Positions 33,194-42,741 are shown, counted from the stretch's first letter. The stretch: DNA of 64,000 nucleotides from an uncultured Spirochaetota bacterium (GCA_963781885.1 CAWAHW010000005.1:270168-334167); one strand, 5' to 3'. Numbers and translations: made by a program. Notes: a model not told the origin generated them from the sequence alone.

Positions 33194-33308
33194 GCATAAC
33201 ATAGAGTTGACCAGCGCCGCCGCATCATCCAGCCCCACCCGACGATTAGGATTCCGTTGGGTCTATCCGGGCAAATTCCAAGGCGACTGGTCCAACGATT
33301 TGTTATGC
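33194..33308 (-). repeat. attC 3 (family B)
   Basis: GTTGACCAGCGCC...GGCGACTGGTCCAAC. Confidence 0.9.
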
Positions 33309-33375
33309 GTTCACTTCCTATCTTGAGATATCCCAATATGGATAATCATCGACATTCGGAATACAGGCTCCTTAG

Positions 33376-34667
33376 CAGGGTGTTGAAGAAGTTCTTGTTG
33401 GAGAAATCATTATCTCCTCAGCGGTGCTATTTGGGGTCCTCGATTGCGGATCAGAAATTGGGGCCATTGTGGGCTTGGCCCCGTTTGGCCTCTACACGGA
33501 TAGCTGAGCCGACAGATTACGGATTCGGACCATATTGTAGACGGCCATGGCAAGAGTGAATCCCCAACCGACGCGTTGTACCCCACGGAAGCGAGTCTTT
33601 CGATATCCTCCGACGGTCTTCATCCAGCCAAAGATCTCTTCCACTCGTTTGCGAACGCGCTGACTGATCACATAGCCTTCGCAACGAACGGTGCGTCCAT
33701 CAACGGCGGAATGATCCTTGCGCTGCGCAACGTGGGGAGTAGCGTTCAGCTTACGCAACTCCTTGACACAAGATCTTCTGTCGTAGCCCTTGTCCATGCC
33801 AACGGTAATGCGGTAATTGCCCGGGATCGCTTTCACCATCTCCACGGCCGCCTCTGGCTCGGCGGTACCGCTGCTGATGCTCAGGCGATGCTCCACCACC
33901 AACCCGTTGCGGTTTTCCATCAGCAGGTGGCCCATATAGCTCAGCCGTGCTTCCCCTCCGTGGCTCTTCTTTGACAGCCGTGCATCGGGGTCCGTCGTCG
34001 AGGCGTGTGTCTCGTTGCTCCTCTTTTCTCCGCGGTAGTCAACATCTGCGTTGCGACCGTTTTCGCCACTTGTTGGTCCCGAGGGTCCTCCCTCTTTCGG
34101 CTGGAAGCTCTTTTGAGATGCCCAGGCTTCAATGAGTGTCCCGTCGACAGTGAAATGCTCATCAGACAGCAGCCCCTGCTCTCGGGCCTGCTCCCTAATC
34201 TGGATAAAGAACTTCGCCACGATGTCCGCGTTCAGCAGCCGATCCCGATTCTTGGAGAATGTGGAGTGGTCCCAGAACCTCGTCTTCCATCGACAGTCCG
34301 ACGAACCAGCGGAACAACAGATTATAGTTCAATTCCTCCATCAGTAGCCTTTCACTGCGGATGGAGTACAACACCTGGAGCAACAGCGCCCGAATGAGCT
34401 TCTCCGGCGGAATCGATGGCCGACCGGTAGCGGAATACATCTTGTTGAAATCTGCCGACAGTCCCTTCAAAGCGCGATTCGCCATTTCCTTTACCACCCG
34501 TAGCGGATGGTTAGACGGCACACGGTCTGCAGGTGAGTGATAACTAAAGATGCTGTCTTGTTCCTGATTCGCGCCTCTCATCGACTCCCTCCCTGGAAAT
34601 CCTGCTTCACAAGATTACCAAGGAACGAAGCCTTACTCAATGAAAAGCTGAGTTTTTCAACACCCTG
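33376..34667 (-). mobile_element. IS5-family element
   Basis: IR CAGGGTGTTGAA/TTCAACACCCTG; TTAG target duplication. Confidence 0.85.
33492..34581 (-). pseudogene. IS5-family transposase, +1 frameshift near 34275
   Basis: GRPSIPPEKL, VDGTLIEAWAS, DKGYD, RKRVEE; the WDHSTFSKNRDRLL segment is out of frame. Confidence 0.8.
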
Positions 34668-34775
34668 TTAGAAGGCCAAGCACGAATTCCAAAGGTTGCA
34701 TTGGAGTCGCGAATCGCAGAATCATTCGGGCTTTGCGCTCAAATGGGACAGCGCTATCTATCCATGTCAATTTCA

Positions 34776-35204
34776 CTAATGCCCAGAAGGATTAGTGGTC
34801 CACGTCATGGACTTAATCTTTCCATCTTGAACGATAGAAACGACTTTTAGCAGACCCCAGTTAGTAAAACCGCCAGAATCTTTAATAGCAAAGATGCCAG
34901 TCACATTCACTCCACTGGCATTCAATTCAATAACTTTTAGTTGTGTTTTTAGAGGAAACATGGTATTGGTAAAGAAGCCGAGCAGCTTCTTGATGCCTTT
35001 GGGTTGCCCCCATGCGGTTATCAGCTGCCCGTCATCGGCGAAGTAGCTGGTTGCCTTTTCGGCTTGCACGTTGTTGATGGTATCAAACAAGCCGTTTACA
35101 ATAGCAATAGGATCAGTTGCTTGCGCTACTGTATCATCTGCAAGCAAATGAGCGGGAAAAAATGATGCAAATAAAAGTACAAGAATGATAGGACGCTTTG
35201 TCAT
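34776..35204 (-). CDS. Secreted NTF2/SnoaL-like protein (cassette)
   Basis: Signal peptide; YFADDG, VQDGKI pattern. Confidence 0.6.
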   Translation of the reverse strand: MTKRPIILVLLFASFFPAHLLADDTVAQATDPIAIVNGLFDTINNVQAEKATSYFADDGQLITAWGQPKGIKKLLGFFTNTMFPLKTQLKVIELNASGVNVTGIFAIKDSGGFTNWGLLKVVSIVQDGKIKSMTWTTNPSGH

Positions 35205-35303
35205 CTGCTTTCTCCTTCTTTTTTGATGTTCGCGTGCGTTCTTTCCAGCACATTGAGCGGAATGATATATTGATCGCCTACAGCATTGCAAGGAGCTGTG
35301 AAC

Positions 35304-35417
35304 GCATAACATAGAGTTGAGCACCCGGCCCGCATTAGACAGCACCACACCGATTTGCTCCGGAAGCGGGTCTATTGAAGCAAATTCAGCCTGGAGTGCT
35401 CCAACGATTTGTTATGA
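35304..35417 (-). repeat. attC 4 (family A)
   Basis: Same architecture as attC 1. Confidence 0.9.
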
Positions 35418-35454
35418 TCCACCCTTTCAGATCTCAGCAGTATGCAAAACAGCC

Positions 35455-35724
35455 CTATTCTCCGTAATGAGTCCACATTCGGATTACCTTTACGGCCTTT
35501 TGTTTCTCATATACTTGATAGACTATTCTATGGTGAATGTTGATTCTACGCGAGAAAGCACCAGACAAATCTCCGAGCAGCTTCTCATATGGTGGATATG
35601 GAGAAAAGGGATTCTGCTCAATTATGCGCAATAGCCTCTCAGTTTGAGGGCGTAGTCCCGCCCTTGCAAGGTTTTTGGCATCCTTTTGTGCCTGCTTGGT
35701 GAAATAGAGCCGATATTTTACCAT
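35455..35724 (-). CDS. yoeB: Txe/YoeB family toxin
   Basis: EKLLGDLSGAFSRRINIHHRIVY, C-terminal HY. Confidence 0.9.
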   Translation of the reverse strand: MVKYRLYFTKQAQKDAKNLARAGLRPQTERLLRIIEQNPFSPYPPYEKLLGDLSGAFSRRINIHHRIVYQVYEKQKAVKVIRMWTHYGE

Positions 35725-35960
35725 TCCAATGCGGTGGAACTTTTTTCTATGGGTTCTTTCATACCCTTGACGATGGAATCCCGCATCCCAGGAATTGAAA
35801 GTAGGTAAAGGGTTTCCTCGATCGAACGCCAGTCTTCTTCTGCCACGAGAACAGCCGAGTTGTTCTTACCGGTGATATGTACAGGTTCATGAGTATCGGA
35901 GAGCTTTTCCACAAGCTTATACAGATTCTTTCGTGCATTGGTGATGTTGATGCTACTCAA
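35718..35960 (-). CDS. yefM: Phd/YefM family antitoxin
   Basis: ARKNLYKL, EETLYLLSIPG; overlaps the toxin. Confidence 0.9.
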   Translation of the reverse strand: MSSINITNARKNLYKLVEKLSDTHEPVHITGKNNSAVLVAEEDWRSIEETLYLLSIPGMRDSIVKGMKEPIEKSSTALEW

Positions 35961-35970
35961 TTGCTTCCTC

Positions 35971-36021
35971 TGTGTACGCCATTACGTACGCTAATCTACT
36001 TCGGTTAACAAGAATTGTCAA
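35971..36021 (-). promoter_or_regulatory. yefM-yoeB promoter and operator
   Basis: TTGACA-17 nt-TAGATT followed by two GTAC palindromes. Confidence 0.7.
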
Positions 36022-36181
36022 GTCTTGTTGCCGCGAGTTTGCAGGTTCAATTCTTGCCAGCTTCCCAGAGACGCTGGATTGAGCTTCCCCCATTTGACAG
36101 TCATCGGTTGGAGCGACTAACGGCAACCCTACCTGATGAATAGGGTATTGGCCTGCAACCTGTACATGATATTCTTGTGGA

Positions 36182-36296
36182 TCATAACAACGAGTTGAGC
36201 ACCCGGCCCGCATCAGAATTGCACCACACCGATTGGCTCCGGAAGCGGGTCTATTGGAGCAAATTCAGCCTGGAGTGCTCCAACGATTTGTTATCT
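36182..36296 (-). repeat. attC 5 (family A)
   Basis: Same architecture as attC 1. Confidence 0.9.
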
Positions 36297-36303
36297 GGCG
36301 TGC

Positions 36304-37119
36304 CTATTGGTCCGTCATTACTATGTTTGTCCCATCTCCGACAAGTTCTGGCTCAAGGCCGACAATCTTGCCTGTCACGCTTATCTTTGCACCTTTGCTG
36401 ATTCTTGGGATATCATTTCTATTGGTATAGAAAGATAAGAAAACGTAGTCAGACAAAGGATTCCAATCACCTTTTGGCAAACGGACCATTGCCGTTACCT
36501 TGTACTTGTACGTAGGAAACTTCTCATTCTTGTTTAGAGTGACCTGGGTCACGTCCATGACAAAGGTTGGAGTTATTCCGCTCAGAACGTCGTTCACGAA
36601 CATATCCAAAGTCAAATCAGTCAAGGTTTTCATTGCAGCATTGATAAAATATAGATCGGAAAGCGCTGCCAGTTTGGCGGCATCATACAGATTTTTGTCT
36701 GCCATGACTTCGGCAATACGGCTAACAAGCTTTTTTTCCAAATCAGCCTCCTGCGGATGAATCGGCCATATTTCCTTGCTGTCCGTCCAGCCGCCATTTC
36801 TTTCAAGCATAATATTTGCCTGTGAAAATCTGACTTGGTCGCCATCTATCGATAGAGATAGATCAAAAACTTGCCGATTCATCATTTCGGTAGTTTGGAC
36901 GTTCGCGATAGTTATTTCATTTTTGAATATTTCCGCAGAAGAAAAGTAAGATGCTGCAAAACTGTTAACACTGAACAACCCCGGATTTTTGGCCTGTAGC
37001 TCGGTAACTGCTTGATATACAGCTGGATATGCAAGCTCATTTGCATTTGCGACCTGCGCAAGGGCAGCTATAGGAAGCTGCAAGAGAATCAAACCAGCGA
37101 GAAATCTTCTGTTCATCAT
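36304..37119 (-). CDS. Secreted hypothetical protein (cassette)
   Basis: Signal peptide; ORF fills the cassette. Confidence 0.7.
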   Translation of the reverse strand: MMNRRFLAGLILLQLPIAALAQVANANELAYPAVYQAVTELQAKNPGLFSVNSFAASYFSSAEIFKNEITIANVQTTEMMNRQVFDLSLSIDGDQVRFSQANIMLERNGGWTDSKEIWPIHPQEADLEKKLVSRIAEVMADKNLYDAAKLAALSDLYFINAAMKTLTDLTLDMFVNDVLSGITPTFVMDVTQVTLNKNEKFPTYKYKVTAMVRLPKGDWNPLSDYVFLSFYTNRNDIPRISKGAKISVTGKIVGLEPELVGDGTNIVMTDQ

Positions 37120-37203
37120 AGGCCACCTTCTGTTTGGATCGTTTTGAGGCATTGTTATAGAAAAAAGTGTCTTTTATCAAGTAACCCGGAATCAGACCAC
37201 GCC

Positions 37204-37318
37204 AGATAACATAGAGTTCAGTACCCGGCCCGCATCAGAACGGCACCACCCCGATTTGCTACGGAAGCGGGTCTAATGGAGCAAATTCTGCCTGGAGTGC
37301 TGCAACGATTTGTTATGT
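37204..37318 (-). repeat. attC 6 (family A)
   Basis: Same architecture as attC 1. Confidence 0.9.
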
Positions 37319-37661
37319 TCAAGGCAGAATGGACTTGTAGTCCTACGCCATGCAGAAGTCAATTCTTTTGGCCAGAATTGCGTCCGTAGGTTTTGCCACG
37401 AGCGGCTTTGCCACGGTCTGCGGGGATTGGGCAATAGGTACAGGCGCAAAGCTGAGCGCGGCTCTGTTTCCCGCTGCGTCCGGACTGAACGGAAGAAAAG
37501 AAGTACTTGATCGTCCAGGCTTGGGACACCGGAAAGAAAAAATCTTTCGGACCAAGGGCCGCGATGTTTCAGAGGCCCAAATAGACCTGACCTTTTGAAG
37601 ACTCTTCAACCATCCAAAGATTCTGGGAGAAGGTGAAAGTCCAGTTTCATTTGAACATAAC
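37312..37661. other. Cassette without a convincing ORF, copy 1 (350 bp)
   Basis: Lies between attC 6 and attC 7; roughly 90% identical by eye to 42392-42741. Confidence 0.75.
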
Positions 37662-37806
37662 ATATAGTTGAGCACCCGGCCCGCATCAGAGCGCGACATT
37701 GTGTACGTGGACATTGGCGTCTTAATGAAACAGATTCTAGCCCGGAGTCGCCTATACTGAGTTTGGTGGACACGGTAGCATGAGGTAACTGAGCGAAAAG
37801 GAAAAG

Positions 37807-38115
37807 ATGAAAGAGCAACGTAGATATAGTGCTGAGCTGAAAGCTGAAGCTGTAAAGATGGTACTCGAGCAGGGGCTGACCCAGAAAGAGACCGGGAAAC
37901 GGTTGTCGATTCCCAAGGGGAATATCGGGAACTGGGTCGGAGCGGCCAGGACAGTCCTCCGCAACGGCAGCCCTGGAGAGCAATCGGTGGCAGAGCTTGC
38001 ACGCGAGAATGCTCGCCTGAGGAAAGAACTGGCCGAAGCCCGCATGGAGCGGGAAATCTTAAAAAAAGCCACGGCGTACTTCGCAAAGGAGTCATTGCCC
38101 GGTACGCGTTCATGA
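37807..38115 (+). CDS. IS3 OrfA
   Basis: YSAELKAEAV HTH, EREILKKA with A7G slippery site. Confidence 0.9.
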   Translation: MKEQRRYSAELKAEAVKMVLEQGLTQKETGKRLSIPKGNIGNWVGAARTVLRNGSPGEQSVAELARENARLRKELAEARMEREILKKATAYFAKESLPGTRS

Positions 38116-38972
38116 AGGCCTACAGGCTCGTGTATCCAACAAAGCTCATGGCGAGGGTGCTTGAGGTATCCCGTAGCGGATACTACAAGTGGCTGACCCG
38201 TGGACCGTCACGCAGAGAGATTCAGGATTCAGTGTTGAAGAGGCTGATCAGCTGCGCGCACAAACGAAGCAGGGGCACCTACGGCCCGCTCAGGCTCCAA
38301 GAGGAACTGGCGGCTGAAAACCAGCAGGTTGGGCGCGATCATATTTCCCGCCTGAGAAAGGAGATGGGACTGAAGTGCATCCAGCAGAAAAAGTTTAAAG
38401 TCACGACAGACTCCAAGCATCATTTGCCGGTGGCAGCGAACTTGCTGGCACAGGAGTTCTCCGTGTCGCTGCCCTCGACAGTGTGGGGGACGGATATCAC
38501 CTATATCCCCACCGACGAAGGGTGGCTGTACCTTGCGGGGGTGAAGGATTTCGCAACTCGTGAGATCGTTGGCTACGCCATGGCCGGCAGAATGACGACG
38601 CAGCTCGTGCAGGATGCCTTGAAAAAGGCATTGCAATTTAGAAAGCCATCGCGCGGCTGCATTCACCATTCCGATCGAGGAAGCCAATACTGTGCCGCGG
38701 AGTATCGCAGGGACGTGGAGAAGGCGGGAATGATTGCCTCCATGTCGCGAAAGGGAAATTGCTATGACAACGCCCCCACGGAGAGTTTTTGGGGTCACCT
38801 CAAGCAGGAATTGATTTACCACCGCCATTTTCAGACACGCAACGAAGCCATAGCGGTAATCAGGGAATACATCGAGATCTTCTACAACCGAATACGTCGT
38901 CATTCGGCTCTCGGCAACACGGCTCCGTCCGTTTATGCCGAAACATATTACTCACAAAGGAGAATCGCCTGA
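38112..38972 (+). CDS. IS3 OrfB DDE transposase
   Basis: DITYI, HSDRGSQY, DNAPTESF. Confidence 0.92.
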   Translation: MKAYRLVYPTKLMARVLEVSRSGYYKWLTRGPSRREIQDSVLKRLISCAHKRSRGTYGPLRLQEELAAENQQVGRDHISRLRKEMGLKCIQQKKFKVTTDSKHHLPVAANLLAQEFSVSLPSTVWGTDITYIPTDEGWLYLAGVKDFATREIVGYAMAGRMTTQLVQDALKKALQFRKPSRGCIHHSDRGSQYCAAEYRRDVEKAGMIASMSRKGNCYDNAPTESFWGHLKQELIYHRHFQTRNEAIAVIREYIEIFYNRIRRHSALGNTAPSVYAETYYSQRRIA

Positions 38973-39130
38973 GTCCTCACTGTCCACTATTGACAGTACA
39001 GGCCAGAGTGCTCCAACGTGTTGTTAGATTCAAGAAATCTTTGCAACGGATGCAAGGCGGCCACCGGGCATGAAAGCCAACAAATCCCGGGCGCCGGCAT
39101 CCACTGTGGACACGTATTTAGGAAGACTTA

Positions 39131-39691
39131 GAACCCCACCGCCTATGGCGGTGGTTATGTCCTGATGGCTGTGCCGTAAGACCGATTGCGAATAAGATAA
39201 CGGAATGGCGAAATGGAGGAAACAGTCGCACGTGGTCTACCAGTGCAGCTACCACATAGTATGGTGCCCAAAATACCGATTTCGGATTCTAGAAGGAGCC
39301 GTAGCGAAGTATGTCGAAGAACGTATCAGGACTATCTGCGAGTGGAAGGATAGTGAGATAGAGGAACTGAGTGTGATGAAGGATCACGTGCACCTGGTGG
39401 TGAACGTTCCTCCGAAAGTATCGCTATCAGAGTTGATGGGATTCCTGAAAGGCAAGACGGCAATTGGGTTGTTCAAAACCTACAGGAACCTCAGGAAGAA
39501 GCCATACTGGGGGAATCATTTCTGGAGCCGCGGTTATTGTGTAACGACCATAGGGCTGGACGAAGAAAAGATACGGCGCTACGTGCGATACCAGGAAGAG
39601 AAGGAGCGGCTCGAAGAAAGAGAGCGCGAAGAACCGGGCCTCTTTTAGAGGCCGGGGTTCAAATCCACCGCCTCAGGCGGTGGATGCTTTA
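39131..39691 (+). mobile_element. IS200-type element (ends approximate) within a cassette lacking a convincing ORF
   Basis: Subterminal hairpins CCACCGCC-N3-GGCGGTGG on both sides of tnpA. Confidence 0.8.
39205..39648 (+). CDS. tnpA: IS200/IS605 HUH (Y1) transposase
   Basis: YHIVWCPKYR, DHVH, FWSRGY, YVRYQ. Confidence 0.93.
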   Translation: MAKWRKQSHVVYQCSYHIVWCPKYRFRILEGAVAKYVEERIRTICEWKDSEIEELSVMKDHVHLVVNVPPKVSLSELMGFLKGKTAIGLFKTYRNLRKKPYWGNHFWSRGYCVTTIGLDEEKIRRYVRYQEEKERLEEREREEPGLF

Positions 39692-39842
39692 AGCCGCAAC
39701 CGAACTTACGGCAGCTGGTCTAATGGAAGTCAAGCACAGCTTAGCAGCAACCTTACCCCAAGAATTCCATAACCGAAAAAGACTGACGGTAGCTGGTTTG
39801 AGTTGCAGGGCATAGAAAGAAGAAAGACTACTGGGAGATTGA

Positions 39843-39957
39843 ATCTAACATAGAGTTGACCAGCGCCGCCGCATCATCCAGCCCCATCCGACGATTAGGA
39901 TAAAGTTGGGTCTATCCAGACAAATTCCAAGGCGACTGGTCCAACGATTTGTTAGAT
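39843..39957 (-). repeat. attC 8 (family B)
   Basis: Same architecture as attC 3. Confidence 0.9.
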
Positions 39958-39965
39958 GCTTCACG

Positions 39966-40889
39966 TCATGGGCTGCTGCCCTTTGGCGCGGCGGATTTCT
40001 TGTCGTTCGGATTTTCCCTGACACTATCCGCCCTAAGGCTCGCGATCTCGAAGTCCCTCACAGAAAGAGTTGCAGTCAATGTTGTGACTTGGTTTGCCAA
40101 GCTCTGCTTTTGGTCGCTAAGGGCTCTTATCGTTGCATCCTTCGCGAAGTTGGACACAGTCACGACGATGGCAACGACCGATACAACTAGAGCGAGAAGA
40201 TTCCTCCCCATTTCAAAGAAATCTTTTCGGGTTGTTGCGATATCCGCATCAAGCGTTTTCAATCTTTCCTTAATCCGGTCCTGTTCTCGCGTAGAGATGT
40301 ATTCCTTTCCAAGTCTTTTCGCTAATGTCCTTTTTTCTTGCTTGAACCCCATAAAGGCATAGAAGCTGGTGAAAGGCAGAATGAGAAGATGCCACAAGAA
40401 GTACAGTGGAACGATGAGGAGTTTTGCTATGAGAAGGGCGATCGAAACAAGGCAGAAAAGGAGGTACCTGGGAGCCATCATGCCTTTTTGGAAGAAGAGT
40501 CTTTTGTAAAGGCGGGAATTCCTCCAACTCTCGACCGACCCATGAAATGGCTTTCTAAAGTTCCACAGCCATTCTGTGACAGAAGCTGCACGTGCGTAGC
40601 GTTCCATCCTCTCATTGAGGGCACGGATCTGTTCGTCATTCTTGTAGGGTTGAAATGAACGTACACCCGTGAATCTCATCGGTCTCTGGGACGGTTGTCT
40701 CTCCGTGAGAAGATCAGCAAGTTCTTTACCGCCCGCTATCTCCATAGTTGCGGATTCATCTGCCGCGAAATAGAATGCAGACTGCTCGTCAGAATCTCCA
40801 AGCCTGCCGCAGTAGAAGAGTCTGGTGAAACCCTTGGTTTCAAGATATCTCACGTACGAGCCGCCGATTTGTAAGTGTTGTTCTTTCAT
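39966..40889 (-). CDS. Hypothetical membrane protein with coiled coils (cassette)
   Basis: GAAGGA RBS; 2-3 hydrophobic segments; ORF fills the cassette. Confidence 0.7.
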   Translation of the reverse strand: MKEQHLQIGGSYVRYLETKGFTRLFYCGRLGDSDEQSAFYFAADESATMEIAGGKELADLLTERQPSQRPMRFTGVRSFQPYKNDEQIRALNERMERYARAASVTEWLWNFRKPFHGSVESWRNSRLYKRLFFQKGMMAPRYLLFCLVSIALLIAKLLIVPLYFLWHLLILPFTSFYAFMGFKQEKRTLAKRLGKEYISTREQDRIKERLKTLDADIATTRKDFFEMGRNLLALVVSVVAIVVTVSNFAKDATIRALSDQKQSLANQVTTLTATLSVRDFEIASLRADSVRENPNDKKSAAPKGSSP

Positions 40890-40958
40890 GACTCCTTCTC
40901 CCAAAAGCCAGTGAAGCATACGCCGAAAGAGAAATGAGCCTCCACGCTGTGCGCTTTG

Positions 40959-42277
40959 TGTCCTAACTAACACATCGTTGACACTTTTCGCAGCACATCC
41001 TAACAGTTATCTCGCTGCCCTAACCAAGCGGCCGAGCTCATCCTGGATGCGCAGCTGCCGCTCGTCAAGATAGCCTAACAGGGTGTCGCGGTAATACACG
41101 CGCCACTTGCCCTTCACGATCTGCTCCAGTCCGACGTACTTCTCGATCAGCGTTGTGCTGACGACGACCCACTTGCTGGAGCCCCAGCGGATTGCCCCGT
41201 TGCGGCAAACGTATTTCGTGCACATGCCTTCTGGATACTTCCAGGTCCTAGTTATGCGTGGAAGGCGGCGAGGGGAGTGGCGGTAGAACTCCTTGGGCCT
41301 CCTCTGTCCCAGCGTCTGATGAGGACGCTGCACGTTGTAGAAATGACGAAAGGCGTCGAACTTGTGTTGCTGCTGGACCAGGCTGTAGGCGGCCGGCTTT
41401 GTGGCCTCAGCCTTTAGCTCTTCGTGCATCCGCTCGTGACTACCGTTCTGCTCGGGGTGAGCCGGGTCAGAATAGACCGGCTGGATCCCCAGATCCATGA
41501 GCCAGACGGCAAGCCGCGTAAGCCGCGAGAGGCTCACCCCACTGGCGAAGGGCTCTCCGTTGTCACTGTGGATCTGTTTGGGCAAACCGTACTTCTTGAA
41601 AAGGGCCTCAAATACGGCCTTTGTGCCCTCATATGTGGGATTATGCATTCCCACCACCGCCAGCACAAAGCGGCTGTAGGCGTCCATGACGGTCAGCGGG
41701 TAGCAGTAGCGCCCGTCGCCCATGCGGAACTTCCCTTTGAAGTCCACGCTCCAGATCTCGTTGGGGGCCTTCGCCTCAAAGATCGGGTGCATCTCTCGAA
41801 TGCGACGAACGCGGCGCCGCTTCTTGACTAGGCCATAGCGTTTGAGCACCAAGGCGATCGTCGCCACCGAAGGCACCTTCCGCCGACCACCATACCTCTC
41901 CGTGAGCAGCTGAAAGATCTTCAGCGGACCCATGCGAGGCCACCTGCCTCGTATTCGTACGATTGCCCGCTCGATGCTCGGTGCAGTGCGGTTCCACACC
42001 CGCCGCGGAGCCCGCGATTGCTCCTTGAGTCCCGCTACACCCCGCAACAGATAGCGCAGTATGTAGCGGTAACCTAAAGTACGGGAGATACCATAAGATT
42101 TGCACAGAGCAGTGAACGTGTGCTGGCCTGACTCCCACTCAAGAACGAAACTAGCCTTTTCGTCCATCGCTGACCGTTCCCTCCAGGGCATCCCGCTCTC
42201 CTCTCGGAGAAAACGTCGCCCAAAAAAGTGTCAACGATGTGCTTAGAATTCTGTCAACGATGTGCTTAGACAGGACC
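40959..42277 (-). mobile_element. IS481-like element, copy 1
   Basis: Ends TGTCCT.../...AGGACC with repeated TGTCAACGATGTG; TTG duplication. Confidence 0.9.
41007..42191 (-). CDS. IS481-family transposase
   Basis: MPW start, HTH, WSVDFKG, HSDNG, NGSHERMH. Confidence 0.9.
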   Translation of the reverse strand: MPWRERSAMDEKASFVLEWESGQHTFTALCKSYGISRTLGYRYILRYLLRGVAGLKEQSRAPRRVWNRTAPSIERAIVRIRGRWPRMGPLKIFQLLTERYGGRRKVPSVATIALVLKRYGLVKKRRRVRRIREMHPIFEAKAPNEIWSVDFKGKFRMGDGRYCYPLTVMDAYSRFVLAVVGMHNPTYEGTKAVFEALFKKYGLPKQIHSDNGEPFASGVSLSRLTRLAVWLMDLGIQPVYSDPAHPEQNGSHERMHEELKAEATKPAAYSLVQQQHKFDAFRHFYNVQRPHQTLGQRRPKEFYRHSPRRLPRITRTWKYPEGMCTKYVCRNGAIRWGSSKWVVVSTTLIEKYVGLEQIVKGKWRVYYRDTLLGYLDERQLRIQDELGRLVRAAR

Positions 42278-42284
42278 TTGAAGC

Positions 42285-42398
42285 ATCTAACATAGAGTTC
42301 AGCACCCGGCCCGCATCAGAATTGCACCACACCGATTTGCTCCGGAATTGGGTCTTTCCTACAGATTCAGCCTGGAGTGCTGCAACGACTTGTTATGT
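42285..42398 (-). repeat. attC 9 (family A)
   Basis: Same architecture as attC 1. Confidence 0.9.
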
Positions 42399-42741
42399 TC
42401 AAGGCAGAATGGACTTGTAGTCTACGCTATGCAGAAGTCAATTCCTTTGGCCAGAATTGCGTCCGTAGGTCTTGCCAAGAGCGGCGTTGCCACGGTCTGC
42501 GGGGATTGAACAATAGGTACGAGCGCAAAGCCGAGCGCGGCTCTGTTTCCCGCTGCATCCGGACTGAACGGAAGAGAAGAAATACTTGGTCGTCCAGGCT
42601 TGGGACACCGGAAAGAAAAAGTCTTTCGGACCAGAGGCCGCGATGTTTCAGAGGTCCAAATGACCCTAACCTCTTGAAGACTCTTCAACTATCCAAAGAT
42701 TCTGGAAGAAGGTGAAAGTTTCATTTTCCTTTGAACATAAC
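42392..42741. other. Cassette without a convincing ORF, copy 2 (350 bp)
   Basis: Diverged copy of 37312-37661. Confidence 0.75.

Larger units (their letters stand above)
37748..39005 (+). mobile_element. IS3-family element inside attC 7
   Basis: Imperfect IRs sharing GTGGACA; GAG target duplication. Confidence 0.9.
37655..39029 (-). repeat. attC 7 (family A), split by IS3
   Basis: Arms at 37655-37747 and 39006-39029 rejoin when the IS is removed. Confidence 0.85.
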
